Positions 10,184-25,218 of a DNA stretch of 64,000 nucleotides are shown piece by piece. The notes beneath the pieces are model-generated. The model saw nothing but the letters and a program-made list of their open reading frames with translations, was not told where the DNA came from and searched no databases. The stretch is from positions 5,689 through 69,688 of the forward strand of contig JBAPLR010000003.1 of the NCBI GenBank assembly GCA_037083745.1, written 5' to 3'. The position numbers and the translations under genes are program-made. The DNA is from Candidatus Dasytiphilus stammeri (lineage in GTDB: Bacteria > Pseudomonadota > Gammaproteobacteria > Enterobacterales > Enterobacteriaceae). The stretch's first letter is position 1. Each line of letters opens with the position of its first letter.

Positions 10184-11860
10184 ATGAATAATTTTAATTC
10201 TAGAAAAATATTTCTTGTTACTTGTGCATTACCATACGCTAATGGTTCCCTCCATCTGGGACATATCCTGGAACATATCCAAGCAGATATATGGGTGCGT
10301 TATCAACGCATGTGTGGACATAAAGTTTTTTTTATTTGTGCTTCGGATGCCCACGGCACTCCCATTTTATTAATGTCACAAAAAATAGGAATCGATCCAG
10401 AAAAAATGGTTCAAGCCATAGGTAAACAACATCAAAAAGTACTCGAGTTATTTTATATTAGTTATGATAATTATCATTCCACCCATAGTCAAGAAAACTA
10501 TCAATTTGCATTATTAATTTATAAAGAATTAAGAAATAAGGGATTAATTAAAAAACGTATATTAACTCAAATGTATGATCCGAATGTCAAGATGTTTTTA
10601 CCAGATCGGTTAGTAAAAGGTGGTTGTCCTAAATGCAAAGCTCCAGATCAATATGGAGATAACTGTGAAGTATGTGGTTCCGTTTATAGCTCCACAGATT
10701 TAATAAATGCTCGCTCAGCAATAACAGGAGTACGACCCGTATTACAGGAGACAGAACATTTATTTTTTGATTTGTCATTATACTCTGATATGTTAAGAAA
10801 ATGGACTCGTTCTGGTTCCTTACCCGAATCTGTAGCTAATAAAATGCAAGAATGGTTATCAGGGGGCTTACATCCTTGGGATATAAGTCGTGATGCACCC
10901 TATTTTGGCTTTAAAATTCCAGATACTATAGATAAATATTTTTATGTTTGGTTAGATGCCCCTATTGGTTATATAAGTACTTTTAAAAATCTATGTAATA
11001 AAAGAGAAGATATATGTTTTGAAGATTTTTGGAAACCAGATTCCACTGTACAACTTTGTCACTTTATAGGTAAGGATATTATTTATTTTCATAGTCTCTT
11101 TTGGCCGGCCCTATTAGAAGCTAGTGGTTTTCGTAAACCTACGTCTATTTACGTGCACGGTTTTGTGACATTTAACGGAACAAAAATGTCAAAGTCGAGA
11201 GGATCTCTTATAGACGCCAACACTTGGTTAAACTGGTTCGATGCAGATAGCTTGCGCTATTATTATGCTACAAAATTATCTTCTCGTATTGAAGATATAG
11301 ATCTTAATCTAAATGATTTTACTCAACGTGTAAATGCAGATATTGTTAATAAAGTGGTTAATATAGCCGCTCGTTCGGCTAGTTTTATTAACCAACGTTT
11401 TTCAGGATGGTTATCTACAAGATTAAAAGACCCACTGGTGTATCAGAGATTTACTGAAGCTTCTGTTCCCATAGGAATGGCTTTATCTAATTTAGATTTC
11501 AGTAAGGCGATTCGACAGATTATGTCCTTAGCTGATCTTGCTAACCGTTATATTAACGAACAAAAGCCTTGGATTATAGCTAGTTGTAAGAATGGAAATC
11601 ATGACGATAATTTACAAGATATTTGTACTATGGGAATAAATTTCTATCGAGTATTGATGACCTATTTAAAACCCTTTATGCCTTACTTAAGTCAGAAATC
11701 CGAAAAATTTCTTCAACAAAAATTAGAATGGACAGAAATTAAATTTCCTTTATTAAATCATCGGATTTCTATTTTTGAGAGTCTCTATCAAAGAATTAAA
11801 TCTGAAAATGTCAATTCACTTTTAGCTGAAATGGATCGACAGAAAAGTGAAAAAATATAA
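10184..11860 (+). CDS. metG: Methionyl-tRNA synthetase, lacking the C-terminal dimerisation/tRNA-binding appendix
   Basis: It has [17 protein letters not shown] (HIGH), the CPKC..CEVCG zinc knuckle and KMSKSRG. At 558 aa versus 677 aa in E. coli, it ends about where the active monomeric core ends. Confidence 0.9.
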   Translation: MNNFNSRKIFLVTCALPYANGSLHLGHILEHIQADIWVRYQRMCGHKVFFICASDAHGTPILLMSQKIGIDPEKMVQAIGKQHQKVLELFYISYDNYHSTHSQENYQFALLIYKELRNKGLIKKRILTQMYDPNVKMFLPDRLVKGGCPKCKAPDQYGDNCEVCGSVYSSTDLINARSAITGVRPVLQETEHLFFDLSLYSDMLRKWTRSGSLPESVANKMQEWLSGGLHPWDISRDAPYFGFKIPDTIDKYFYVWLDAPIGYISTFKNLCNKREDICFEDFWKPDSTVQLCHFIGKDIIYFHSLFWPALLEASGFRKPTSIYVHGFVTFNGTKMSKSRGSLIDANTWLNWFDADSLRYYYATKLSSRIEDIDLNLNDFTQRVNADIVNKVVNIAARSASFINQRFSGWLSTRLKDPLVYQRFTEASVPIGMALSNLDFSKAIRQIMSLADLANRYINEQKPWIIASCKNGNHDDNLQDICTMGINFYRVLMTYLKPFMPYLSQKSEKFLQQKLEWTEIKFPLLNHRISIFESLYQRIKSENVNSLLAEMDRQKSEKI

Positions 11861-11890
11861 CCCCAATATTTTTTGGGGTTATATAATTTT
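11859..11890. terminator. Bidirectional intrinsic terminator between convergent metG and ibpA
   Basis: An 8-bp stem AACCCCAA/TTGGGGTT (11859-11866 / 11873-11880) has a 6-nt loop and starts inside the metG stop codon. It is flanked by T-rich sequence on both strands (ATATAATTTT on plus, TATATTTTT on minus). Confidence 0.55.
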
Positions 11891-11909
11891 ATATAAAAAT
11901 AATATTTAA

Positions 11910-12398
11910 TTACTGTTGATGTGGTATAATACGATTCGTATTATTTGTTTTGCCTATGCTGATTTTTTGTGGTTTTTCATCTTCAGGAATTTCATATTCT
12001 AATTCAAGTTTTAATAAACCATAATCTAGATTAGCACTTTGAACTTTCAGTCTATTATGAAGATGAAAACTTAGCGAGAAGTTATCCTCTAAAATTCCTT
12101 TATGTAACCACTTAACATGATTTTTTTCTTTTTTTTCTTTAGTGATTAGATCATGTTTACCAGTTATAGTAAGCTGTCCATTTTGCAATAAAATATTTAA
12201 ATTTTTTTCTTGATATCCAGGTACGCTTACGGTCAAATGATAATGAGTATCATCAGTTTGAATTAAATTATAAGCTGGTGAGTCAGATAGTGGGGTATCT
12301 CCTGTTAACCTACTAAATAATTTATCCATTCGATCAAATCTATCTGAAAAAAGACTATCAGTAATTCCTGGGATAAGTGAAAATGAACGATAAGACAT
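11910..12398 (-). CDS. ibpA: Small heat-shock protein (alpha-crystallin family) IbpA/IbpB-like
   Basis: The alpha-crystallin core is YNLIQTDDTHYHLTVSVPGYQEKNLNILLQNGQLTITGKH...GLLKLELEYEIPE. Start set at MSYRSFSL, preceded by AAGGAGGAAATT; the ORF-track start is 23 codons upstream. Confidence 0.85.
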   Translation of the reverse strand: MSYRSFSLIPGITDSLFSDRFDRMDKLFSRLTGDTPLSDSPAYNLIQTDDTHYHLTVSVPGYQEKNLNILLQNGQLTITGKHDLITKEKKEKNHVKWLHKGILEDNFSLSFHLHNRLKVQSANLDYGLLKLELEYEIPEDEKPQKISIGKTNNTNRIIPHQQ

Positions 12399-12404
12399 AA
12401 TTTC

Positions 12405-12420
12405 CTCCTTAGAAAAGGAA
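12405..12420 (-). promoter_or_regulatory. Candidate SD-sequestering hairpin (RNA-thermometer-like) in the ibpA leader
   Basis: On the mRNA, UUCCUU-UUCU-AAGGAG can form a 6-bp hairpin (one G-U pair). This would occlude the AAGGAGG Shine-Dalgarno 6 nt upstream of the ibpA ATG. Confidence 0.35.
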
Positions 12421-12482
12421 TAATTCATTCTATTCAAGCTCATTGTGTTTTCTTGGATAGAAATCACCTTAGCTATTATTTA

Positions 12483-12511
12483 TAAATAAGGATTAATTCT
12501 CTCTTTTCAAG
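12483..12511 (-). promoter_or_regulatory. Candidate sigma-32 promoter of ibpA
   Basis: The minus strand reads CTCTCTTGAAA-13 nt-CCTTATTTA, against the sigma-32 consensus CTTGAAA-N13-17-CCCCATnTA. It lies about 85 nt upstream of the ATG. Confidence 0.5.
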
Positions 12512-12871
12512 AGAGAGGAGATTTTCCTTCTACCAGCAAGAATCTTCTAACATAATTCCTAAAAAAATAAAATAATAATTTTTTGTTGCCGGAAAATAAT
12601 TTTCGTTGATGGATACTACATAATTACTTAGCATCTTGCAAGAGATATAGATCTGAACTGAGATTCGTACTATCATATGTTTAAAGGCACTTCACGAATA
12701 AAAATTTCTAATATAAATAGAGAGCGTATCTACAAGATCTATTTATTATATTACAGAATAAAATCCAATTAGGATTGGACTTATACTATAAGAATAGTTC
12801 AAATATTTATTTGATTACTTTATCCATAAGTAGTACCTGATAGGTCATAATAAATCAGTATCTATAATAAT

Positions 12872-13612
12872 TTATTCATATTTTGGTGTTGTATTCCAAA
12901 TACAAATTCCATTTTTATCTTTTAGGTTTTGCAAATATTTCTCATGTGCTGTGATTTCTTCATTATTAGCTTTAATTACGGGTAACGTTACGGATGTTAA
13001 AGATTCTATTATTTCTTTTTTATTTAATTTGAATTTTTCTCTGGGTATAAATAAAAAAGAACTTTGTCCTGCAGAGGATATAGCTAAATAGACTTCCGCC
13101 AATATTTGGGCATCTACTAAGGCTCCATGGATCTTACCCTGTGGTAACATTCTTTTATTTTCTATTTTCAATCTTCTACAGAGGGAATCAAGACTATTTC
13201 GTTGACCTGGAAAAATTTTTCTCGCTAATACTAAACTATCGGTAACTTTACAGATATTTTCAATCCGCGGATAGGAGGCATTTAATAAACTTAATTCATA
13301 ATTTAAAAAACTAATATCAAATGAAGCATTATGAATAACTAACTCATGACCTTCTATATATGTTAGAAAATTATCAGCAATTTGAATAAATTGAGGTTTA
13401 TTTAATAATTCTTCATCTGTAATTCCATGGATACGCATTGCGAGGGGATCAACGGGTCTATTGGGATTTAAATAAACATGAAAATTATTACCCGTGAAAC
13501 ATCGATCTATGATCTGTATCGCACCAATTTCTATAATACGGTGTCCTTCGTAGGTAGGACCGTTATAATTCATCCCGGTAGTTTCAATATCTAAGATAAT
13601 TTGTCGTGTCAT
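12872..13612 (-). CDS. dnaQ: DNA polymerase III epsilon subunit (proofreading exonuclease)
   Basis: RQIILDIETTGMN, HNASFDISFLNYE and HGALVDAQILAEVYL (Exo I-III) are present. It is divergent from rnhA with a 24-bp spacer, as in E. coli. Confidence 0.9.
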   Translation of the reverse strand: MTRQIILDIETTGMNYNGPTYEGHRIIEIGAIQIIDRCFTGNNFHVYLNPNRPVDPLAMRIHGITDEELLNKPQFIQIADNFLTYIEGHELVIHNASFDISFLNYELSLLNASYPRIENICKVTDSLVLARKIFPGQRNSLDSLCRRLKIENKRMLPQGKIHGALVDAQILAEVYLAISSAGQSSFLFIPREKFKLNKKEIIESLTSVTLPVIKANNEEITAHEKYLQNLKDKNGICIWNTTPKYE

Positions 13613-13636
13613 TTATTTTAAATAAAGTGCTCTTAA

Positions 13637-14095
13637 ATGTCTAAAAAAGTAGAAATATTTACGGATGGCTCATGCCTTGGAAATCCAGGTCCCGGTGGAT
13701 ATGGAGTCATATTACGTTATCGTCAGTATGAGAAATTACTTAGTGCAGGTTATCATTTAACTACCAATAATCGTATGGAATTAATGGGAATTATTGTAGC
13801 TCTAGAATCCTTAAAATATTCTTGCATAGTCCAAATTATCACAGATAGTCAATATGTCCAAAAAGGTATTCAAGAATGGTTAGATAATTGGAAACAACAG
13901 AACTGGCTGACTAAAGCAAAAAAGCCGGTAAAAAATATTGAGTTATGGCTCCGTCTCGAGAAAAATTTAAAATTTCATAATCATATTCAATGGCAATGGA
14001 TTAAAGGACACTCGGGCCATGTTGAAAACGAACGTTGTGATCATTTAGCACGCACCGCGGCTAAACTCCCTACTCTTATAGATTTGATTAATTAA
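13637..14095 (+). CDS. rnhA: Ribonuclease HI
   Basis: [19 protein letters not shown]...[15 protein letters not shown]...TDSQYV...[19 protein letters not shown] matches RNase HI. Confidence 0.9.
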   Translation: MSKKVEIFTDGSCLGNPGPGGYGVILRYRQYEKLLSAGYHLTTNNRMELMGIIVALESLKYSCIVQIITDSQYVQKGIQEWLDNWKQQNWLTKAKKPVKNIELWLRLEKNLKFHNHIQWQWIKGHSGHVENERCDHLARTAAKLPTLIDLIN

Positions 14096-14221
14096 TAAAT
14101 TTATAAAAATTTTGTAATCATTCTTCTTAATTTACCACTTAAATTTTGTAATTTTTAATTAGTGATATTTTTTATTTGTAGTTTCGCCATTATTATCTTA
14201 TTTTCATTAAGCCCATTATTA

Positions 14222-14298
14222 TGGCGGTGCGGACGGGACTTGAACCCGCGACCCCCGGCGTGACAGGCCGGTATTCTAACCATCTGAACTACCGCACC
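14222..14298 (-). tRNA. tRNA-Asp (GUC), 3' CCA encoded
   Basis: The reverse complement GGTGCGGTAGTTCAGATGGTTAGAATACCGGCCTGTCACGCCGGGGGTCGCGGGTTCAAGTCCCGTCCGCACCGCCA forms a cloverleaf with anticodon loop CTGTCAC. It is distal to the 5S gene. Confidence 0.9.
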
Positions 14299-14306
14299 CA
14301 AAAAAG

Positions 14307-14426
14307 ATCCAGACAGATACCTGCTCTCACACGAGGAGAACCTCGTACTACCCTAGGTGCTACGGCATTTCACTACTGAGTTCGAGATGGAATCAGGTGG
14401 TTCTACCGCGCTTAACTGTCTGGACT
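14307..14426 (-). rRNA. rrf: 5S ribosomal RNA
   Basis: The reverse complement AGTCCAGACAGTTAAGCGCGGTAGAACCACCTGATTCCATCTCGAACTCAGTAGTGAAATGCCGTAGC... is collinear with E. coli 5S. Ends are within 2 nt. Confidence 0.85.
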
Positions 14427-14464
14427 AATAATCTTACTTTTAAATAGAACATTTCTGGTGTTGT

Positions 14465-17366
<2,902 letters not shown>

Positions 17367-17433
17367 TCACAACCCACAAATGTCCTGTATTTACAAAATT
17401 TTATTTTTTAAAGAACACATTAAATTTTATTAA

Positions 17434-17505
17434 TGTCCCCTAGGGGATTCGAACCCCTGTTACCGCCGTGAAAGGGCGAGGTCCTAACCTCTAGACGAAG
17501 GGGAC
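17434..17505 (-). tRNA. tRNA-Glu (UUC) in the 16S-23S spacer, no encoded CCA
   Basis: The reverse complement GTCCCCTTCGTCTAGAGGTTAGGACCTCGCCCTTTCACGGCGGTAACAGGGGTTCGAATCCCCTAGGGGAC is followed by ATTA rather than GCCA. Confidence 0.9.
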
Positions 17506-17553
17506 TAAATAGTCCTCATTTGGATGTGCACTGAACGGAATGCTCGTTAATTT

Positions 17554-19104
<1,551 letters not shown>

Positions 19105-19498
19105 AATTTTATTACCCTATAAGATTTTTTAGACTTAATGAGGTAAGCACTCCAATCTATTCATTCCGTTAAAACTTTTAACAGAACTTATCTCACAATC
19201 CGTCAGTGCACATTCAAATTTTTTACTAAATTCCTTCTGATAAAACACCTAAATAATAGGTTAGCACGTTGAATTATTCATCTTACTATATTATTTAACT
19301 AATAGCAATAGCAGCTAAGTTAATAGAGAAGTGTTTTTTTTAAAAAAAAATCAACACTTTTTGTTATTATAAACTTGATATAATCTCACTAAGAAATAAT
19401 ATTTGTAACTACTTCAAGAGAAAATTAATCCTAACGTAATAATTATTTTTTTATAAAAAAAAAAAATACATTTTAATGTCTATTTCATAAATTTTTCC

Positions 19499-20035
19499 CT
19501 ATCTATTTTTACTGATTGATCTTTCATAACACTTAATAATTTCCTGTCTAGCGGCTTTGACATTGTCCCATCCTATCATCTTAGACCATTTCTTTTTTTC
19601 CAGATCCTTGTAATGTTCAAAAAAATGCACTATTTTTGCGCACATCCATTCTGGTAAATCATTTAAATCTTTTATATGATCATACTCGACAGTTAATTTA
19701 TTATGTGGAACAGCAATAATCTTGGAATCATAACCAGACTCATCAGTCATGTTTAAGATACTCACTGGACGACAACGAATGATTGAACCCGGTTGTAAAG
19801 AATAAGGAGTAAGTACCAAAGTATCGAGACAATCTCCATCTAAAGCTAATGTTTGGTTTATATATCCATAATTATATGGATAAAACATAGCACTCATTAA
19901 AAATCTATCTACATAAAGAGCACCACTCTTTTTATCGATCTCATATTTTAGATTATTAGTATTCGCGGAAATTTCTATAATTACATAAATATCGTCGGGT
20001 AGATTGAAGCCCGCAGGAATACTATTAAAACCCAT
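19499..20035 (-). CDS. ppa: Inorganic pyrophosphatase
   Basis: [26 protein letters not shown]...[24 protein letters not shown] is the family I PPase signature. Confidence 0.9.
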   Translation of the reverse strand: MGFNSIPAGFNLPDDIYVIIEISANTNNLKYEIDKKSGALYVDRFLMSAMFYPYNYGYINQTLALDGDCLDTLVLTPYSLQPGSIIRCRPVSILNMTDESGYDSKIIAVPHNKLTVEYDHIKDLNDLPEWMCAKIVHFFEHYKDLEKKKWSKMIGWDNVKAARQEIIKCYERSISKNR

Positions 20036-20208
20036 TTAATTTTTCCTTCTTTAAGAAGAACTGAACTAAAAATATATATTTTTGATATTTTTGTGAATTT
20101 TATCTTTAAAAGATAAGAAAGTACTTATATTATAATGCACCAAATTAATTTGGTATTAAACTACATATTATCGTTATCTAGATAAAAAATCAATACAGAA
20201 AAATAGAC

Positions 20209-20844
20209 ATGACTAAAACTCAAGGCATACTTTTTATAGTTTCTGCTCCCAGTGGAACGGGAAAAACTAGTTTAATTCAGGAGGTATTAAAAGCAAAAAC
20301 AAGTTCTTCTGCTCAACTCTCCATTTCTCATACCACTAGAAAAAAACGTTCCGGAGAAAAAAACGGACTCCATTATTATTTCATTTCTCATGAAGAATTT
20401 ATCAAAATGATCAAAAATGGAGAATTTTTAGAGTATGTACGGATATTTGGACATTTTTATGGAACATCACGATCCTCCATCGAATCGATACTGTCGCTCG
20501 GTGTAGATGTATTCCTAGACATTAATTGGCAAGGATCGCAACAGATCCGAAAGAAAATTCCTAACTTTTTTATATGTAGTATTTTTATTTTACCTCCTTC
20601 TAAAGAAGAATTAGTTAGACGTTTATATCATCGGGGACAAGAAAGTACACAATCTATTGCTAAACGCATAGAGCAAGCGGTGACTGAAATGAAACACTAT
20701 CAGGAATATGATTATTTGATCATTAATGATATTTATGAACAAGCAGTATTAGATTTAAAGAATATTATAAATGCAGAAGGTTTAAAAAAACACCAGCAAG
20801 TACAACGTAATAGTAATATACTTAGTAAATTATTAAAAGATTAA
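20209..20844 (+). CDS. gmk: Guanylate kinase
   Basis: It has an SAPSGTGKTSL P-loop and TTRKKRSGEKNGLHYYF. The gmk-rpoZ pairing matches E. coli. Confidence 0.9.
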   Translation: MTKTQGILFIVSAPSGTGKTSLIQEVLKAKTSSSAQLSISHTTRKKRSGEKNGLHYYFISHEEFIKMIKNGEFLEYVRIFGHFYGTSRSSIESILSLGVDVFLDINWQGSQQIRKKIPNFFICSIFILPPSKEELVRRLYHRGQESTQSIAKRIEQAVTEMKHYQEYDYLIINDIYEQAVLDLKNIINAEGLKKHQQVQRNSNILSKLLKD

Positions 20845-20855
20845 AGTAAATAGGT

Positions 20856-21116
20856 ATGGCTCGGATAACAGTGCAAAATGCATTCGAAAAAATTGATAAT
20901 CGTTTTGATTTAGTGCTTATAGCAGCTAAAAGGGCGCGACAGATACAAATTTATAATCACGATCCCTTAGTGGAATACAAAGACGATAAATTACCGGTAA
21001 TTGCGCTGCGTGAAATTGAGGCAGGATTAATTACTAAAAGTATTTTTGATATTATGGATGATGAAGACACATATGTAATTAAACCCTTGTCCACGCATCA
21101 ATCACGGAAAAAATAA
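20856..21116 (+). CDS. rpoZ: RNA polymerase omega subunit
   Basis: [31 protein letters not shown] matches the RpoZ N-terminus. Confidence 0.9.
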   Translation: MARITVQNAFEKIDNRFDLVLIAAKRARQIQIYNHDPLVEYKDDKLPVIALREIEAGLITKSIFDIMDDEDTYVIKPLSTHQSRKK

Positions 21117-21176
21117 TGACAAGTATTATTCAATAGATAAAAGGTAGATCAGGCCAGTGAAGGGATAGTTACGTTA

Positions 21177-22040
21177 CTATTCAATATTTTGTATTTGTTC
21201 TCTCATTTGTTCAATTAGAACTTTAATTTCAATGGCTGATGTAGTTAACTCGGAATTTATCGACTTAGATGCTATAGTATTAGATTCGCGGGTTAACTCC
21301 TGCATCATGAAATCTAATCGTCGCCCAATAGCTTCCTTCCTATTTATAATATGATAAATATGATTAATATGTGTCTCCAGGCGATCTAATTCTTCTGATA
21401 CATCACCACGTTGTTGTACCAGCAACATAATTTCTTGGAAAAACATATTCTCTTCTAACTTAACTTTTGCTTCTTGAAATTTTGCTACCAGTCGTTCGTT
21501 TTGCCATTTAATTATATCTGGCAACAGTAATCGTACTTTAGCTACTTCATTACTGACATTAATTAATCGCTGTTCAATAAAACGTTTTAAACTAGAACCT
21601 TCTAGTTCACGAATATTAATTAAATCATCAATAGTACTATCTAATACAGTTAGCAATTCAGTTCCAATACTATTGAAATCTATTTTTTCTGTTAATATTA
21701 CTCCGGGCCAACGCAAAATATCAAAAAAATTAATTATACTTTTTCCATTAGTTTGGGATTGGATCCAATTGCAGACTCGGAGTAATTGTTGTACAAGTAA
21801 TTTATTAATATTGAATGATAATTGAGAATTACTGTCAAATCGTAAAAAACATTCAATTTTTCCACGGGTTAACTTTTGATTTATCCGCTGACGAATTGCG
21901 GGTTCAAGAGTTCGAAAGTATTCTGGAATACGCAAATAAGTTTCTAGATAACGTTGATTTACAGAACGAATTTCCCAAACCGCATGTCCCCAAGATCTTT
22001 TTATTTCATTTCTTGTGAAAGCAGTCATGCTGCGAATCAT
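21177..22040 (-). CDS. yicC: YicC-family stress-induced protein
   Basis: MIRSMTAFTRNE..WEIRSVNQRYLETYLRIPE...GRRLDFMMQELTRESNTIASKS...LIEQMREQIQNIE is collinear with E. coli YicC. Start placed at MIRSMTA (the ORF track begins 8 codons upstream at TTG). Confidence 0.85.
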   Translation of the reverse strand: MIRSMTAFTRNEIKRSWGHAVWEIRSVNQRYLETYLRIPEYFRTLEPAIRQRINQKLTRGKIECFLRFDSNSQLSFNINKLLVQQLLRVCNWIQSQTNGKSIINFFDILRWPGVILTEKIDFNSIGTELLTVLDSTIDDLINIRELEGSSLKRFIEQRLINVSNEVAKVRLLLPDIIKWQNERLVAKFQEAKVKLEENMFFQEIMLLVQQRGDVSEELDRLETHINHIYHIINRKEAIGRRLDFMMQELTRESNTIASKSINSELTTSAIEIKVLIEQMREQIQNIE

Positions 22041-22471
22041 ATAAAAATTATACTCCTTCTCCAAAAATATTAAAAAGTTTAATGCTAGCTATGCAATAAT
22101 AACGAAACTAACATTTGATATTATCAACTTGATTAAATCCTCCATAAATAAAGAGGATATCGTCCTAGAAAAATAATAAAATTCAGATCTTCTCTTAGAA
22201 GAGCATGAATTTATCCTGGATAAATTCCATATATGTCTAAGAGAACATTATTCCTCACTGAGAAAATTAGTTAGTTTATAGGCCAAATACCAATGTCTCA
22301 TATTCCGCAAAGTTTTTGGAATTTAATTGAACTTTATTCTCTTGAGAACATCATTTCCATCTCTTTACGACATGCTTAATTTTAGCCCGAATTAGTAAAA
22401 ATTATTACTATAGTTCTATAGTAATCATAAGTAGTTTATATTAGAATGAAAAATTAACAGTCTGTCTGAGA

Positions 22472-22930
22472 TTATATATTTCCCGTATGTCCAAAACTTC
22501 CTTTTCCACGTTGGCTAGGACTAAAATTATCTACAATCTTGAGTTCAACTTGGACTATAGGTACAAACACTAATTGTGCAATCCGTTCATTAGGAGTGAT
22601 CACAAAGTTTTTTTCTCCACGATTCCATACTGACATCATAATTTCGCCTTGGTAGTCTGAATCAATGAGTCCAATTAAATTGCCCAAAACAATTCCATGT
22701 TGATGACCCAAACCAGATCTAGGTAAAATTATTGCTGCTAAAGTAGGATCTTTAATATGAATAGCCAAACCAGTGGAAACCAGAATAGTATTTCCCGGAG
22801 ATAACTCAATCATTTGATCCATACATGCTCGGAGATCTAGTCCCGCCGATCCTGGAGTAGCATAAGTAGGTAATGGAAAAAATTTTTTTAGTCTATTATT
22901 AATAATTTTAACTTCTATGTTTTTTTTCAT
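22472..22930 (-). CDS. dut: dUTP diphosphatase
   Basis: [13 protein letters not shown]...[26 protein letters not shown]...[10 protein letters not shown] are the dUTPase motifs. Confidence 0.9.
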   Translation of the reverse strand: MKKNIEVKIINNRLKKFFPLPTYATPGSAGLDLRACMDQMIELSPGNTILVSTGLAIHIKDPTLAAIILPRSGLGHQHGIVLGNLIGLIDSDYQGEIMMSVWNRGEKNFVITPNERIAQLVFVPIVQVELKIVDNFSPSQRGKGSFGHTGNI

Positions 22931-23012
22931 GATTAACTAAAATAATATTACTTATATGATAAAAATAAGATATAATGAATTATATGATATAAAATATAAG
23001 TATAAAATAATT

Positions 23013-23240
23013 ATGTCAAGATTATGTCAAGTAACTGGTAAACGTCCTACCGTTGGTAATAAGCGATCTCACTCTATGAATGCTTCCAAACGACGTTTTG
23101 CACCTAACTTACACTTCCATAAGTTTTGGATAGAAGAAGAAAATCGCTTTGTGAAACTTCGTGTTACCCGAAAAGGAATTCGAAATATTGATAAAAAAGG
23201 CATTAAGTCGATTATATCAAATAGAAAAAATAAAAATTAA
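23013..23240 (+). CDS. rpmB: 50S ribosomal protein L28
   Basis: [33 protein letters not shown] matches L28. The ORF-track start is a 19-codon upstream extension. Confidence 0.9.
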   Translation: MSRLCQVTGKRPTVGNKRSHSMNASKRRFAPNLHFHKFWIEEENRFVKLRVTRKGIRNIDKKGIKSIISNRKNKN

Positions 23241-23266
23241 TTTCCAGCAAAACAAGGATGATAAAT

Positions 23267-23434
23267 ATGGCTAAAAAAACTACGAGAGAAAATATTAAAC
23301 TAGTTTCTTCGGCCCAAACAGGACATTTTTACACTACTACCAGAAATAAAAAAAATCATTCGCAAAAGATCCAGCTGATAAAATTTGATCCGAAAATCAG
23401 GAAACATGTTTTTTATAAAGAAGCAAAAATTTAA
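23267..23434 (+). CDS. rpmG: 50S ribosomal protein L33 (below the ORF-track size cutoff)
   Basis: Hand translation of ATG at 23267 gives [60 protein letters not shown] lies upstream. It is directly downstream of rpmB, as in E. coli. Confidence 0.88.
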   Translation: MAKKTTRENIKLVSSAQTGHFYTTTRNKKNHSQKIQLIKFDPKIRKHVFYKEAKI

Positions 23435-23475
23435 TTCCTACCGACAGAGAATCAGTATTCCTAAAGAGATTTAAT

Positions 23476-24285
23476 ATGCCAGAACTGCCCGAAGTTGAAA
23501 TTATTCGTCGTGGTATAGAAAAATATCTTGTAGGTAAAACGATTCTTTTTGCTCAGATTCGTAATGGCATTCTAAAATATCCAGTTTCAAAAGAAATATA
23601 TCATCTTAGAGATCAGCAAATATTAAGTGTGCGGCGAAGAGCAAAATATCTCATTATGCAATTAGACCTAGGTTATATTATAGTTCATCTAGGGATGTCG
23701 GGAACCTTGCGGATGGTTTCATTGGAAACATCATACTCTAAACATGATCACATAGATCTGGTTATGAGTAACCAAAAAATTTTACGTTACACTGATCCAC
23801 GTAAATTCGGATCCTTGAGATGGAGTAATGATCTAGATGCTTGTGAGTATATAAAAACATTAGGACCTGAACCATTAAGTAGTGATTTTTCAGTTTCTTA
23901 TTTATTTAAGAAATCTCGTAACTGCAAATTAGGCGTTAAATCATTTTTAATGAATAATAAATTAGTAGTAGGAATTGGCAATATTTACGCTAATGAATCT
24001 TTATTTTTAGCTGGAATATTTCCTAGTCGAAAAAGTTCAACATTAAATTTTAATGAAGCACAAAAGTTAGTAGAAGCTATTAGAAGAGTACTGCAAGGGT
24101 CCATAATTTATGGAGGTACTACGATTCGAGATTTTTGTCACGTGGATGGGAAGATAGGAAATTTTAGAAATTTCCTTAATGTATATGGACGTACAGGTGA
24201 GTCATGTTATCAATGTTCTAGATTAATTGAACGTATAACTTATCAAAAGCGCAGTACTTTTGTTTGCAGAAATTGTCAATCTTAA
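23476..24285 (+). CDS. mutM: Formamidopyrimidine-DNA glycosylase (Fpg/MutM)
   Basis: It has an MPELPEVE N-terminus, a GIGNIYANESLFLAGI helix-two-turn-helix and a C-terminal CxxC..CxxC zinc finger (CYQCS...CRNCQ). Confidence 0.9.
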   Translation: MPELPEVEIIRRGIEKYLVGKTILFAQIRNGILKYPVSKEIYHLRDQQILSVRRRAKYLIMQLDLGYIIVHLGMSGTLRMVSLETSYSKHDHIDLVMSNQKILRYTDPRKFGSLRWSNDLDACEYIKTLGPEPLSSDFSVSYLFKKSRNCKLGVKSFLMNNKLVVGIGNIYANESLFLAGIFPSRKSSTLNFNEAQKLVEAIRRVLQGSIIYGGTTIRDFCHVDGKIGNFRNFLNVYGRTGESCYQCSRLIERITYQKRSTFVCRNCQS

Positions 24286-24575
24286 TTTTACTTAAGAGCT
24301 AATATGGTAAAAATATTATCGTATAATGGATGGAAAGACTATTATTTCAAAGGTTAATTTCATAAGAATAAATAATTATATTCAGAATGAAATTTCTTAG
24401 GGGGTGAGGTAATATGTCTTATCTATTTCGTTTAAAGATATTGGATTTATTCGTCTCTGGTGATAAACTAATTTATCATTTGATTATTTTTTCTTAAAAA
24501 GAAATATTCGATAAATGGTACTTAAACAAATGGTTTTAGATATCGTACTAAATTTTAGTGGAGTTATAAATATTC

Positions 24576-25022
24576 ATGTCCGAAATAATACAGTTTTATA
24601 GTTCACATCCTATAATCTGTAATACTTGGTTAATATTATTAGTGTTGACAGTAGTCTTCACTATTAAGTCGTCCTTAGTTACCCGCGTAAACATGATAAG
24701 TTGTACTGAAGCAACTCTTTTAATGAATAAACAATCTGCTCAAGTGATTGATATTCGAAATCAGCAGGAGTATTACCAAGGACATATATATAATTCTATC
24801 AATATATTATCCAGTAATATTAAGAAAGGTTATTGGGATGAACTAGTAAAATACAAATCGTATCCTATTATTATAGTAGGATCTGGCCGAAATAATATTG
24901 AAGAAAATGAATTTGCTTTAAAAATTAAAAAATTAGGTTTTCTAAAGATATATATTTTAGAAGGTGGAATCCTGGGATGGAATAAAGCACATCTACCTTT
25001 AGTATCGGGAAAAAAGGAATAA
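24576..25022 (+). CDS. yibN: Membrane-anchored rhodanese-domain protein YibN
   Basis: MSEIIQFYSSHPIICNTWLILLVLTVVFTIKS... then IDIRNQQEYYQGHIYNSINI...LEGGILGWNKAHLPLVSGKK parallels E. coli YibN in length and order. Confidence 0.75.
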   Translation: MSEIIQFYSSHPIICNTWLILLVLTVVFTIKSSLVTRVNMISCTEATLLMNKQSAQVIDIRNQQEYYQGHIYNSINILSSNIKKGYWDELVKYKSYPIIIVGSGRNNIEENEFALKIKKLGFLKIYILEGGILGWNKAHLPLVSGKKE

Positions 25023-25218
25023 TTTTCACTAATCTTAAGTAGAAGATTACTTTTCTTCGAATAAGAATTGATACTAACAAATCACATGACAATAAAAATA
25101 AGAAATAAACTGATAATATTGTTTGAACTTCCTCTCTTATCTAGGTGAAGATAAACACGTACGTGCCTCAAATTAAACCTCAGTCTAATAGACTAGATTA
25201 AATTTTCATTACATTTAT

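Noticed and set aside
19328-19358. An A/T-only palindrome (AAGTGTT-T7..A9-TC-AACACTT) and a nearby A12 run between ppa and the 16S gene. I also attempted to call the rrn promoter and boxA.
   Set aside because: The stem is almost pure A-T with a bulge and has no convincing T tail. Several weak -35/-10 combinations are possible upstream of the 16S, and none is clearly better. I therefore make no promoter or terminator call.
24414-24497. A 27-codon ORF (MSYLFRLKILDLFVSGDKLIYHLIIFS*) preceded by GGGGGTGAGG, 80 bp upstream of yibN
   Set aside because: The Shine-Dalgarno-like purine run is striking for this genome. I cannot link the peptide to any known leader or small protein, and a single short ORF is not enough evidence. 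It is worth a look only if ribosome profiling exists.
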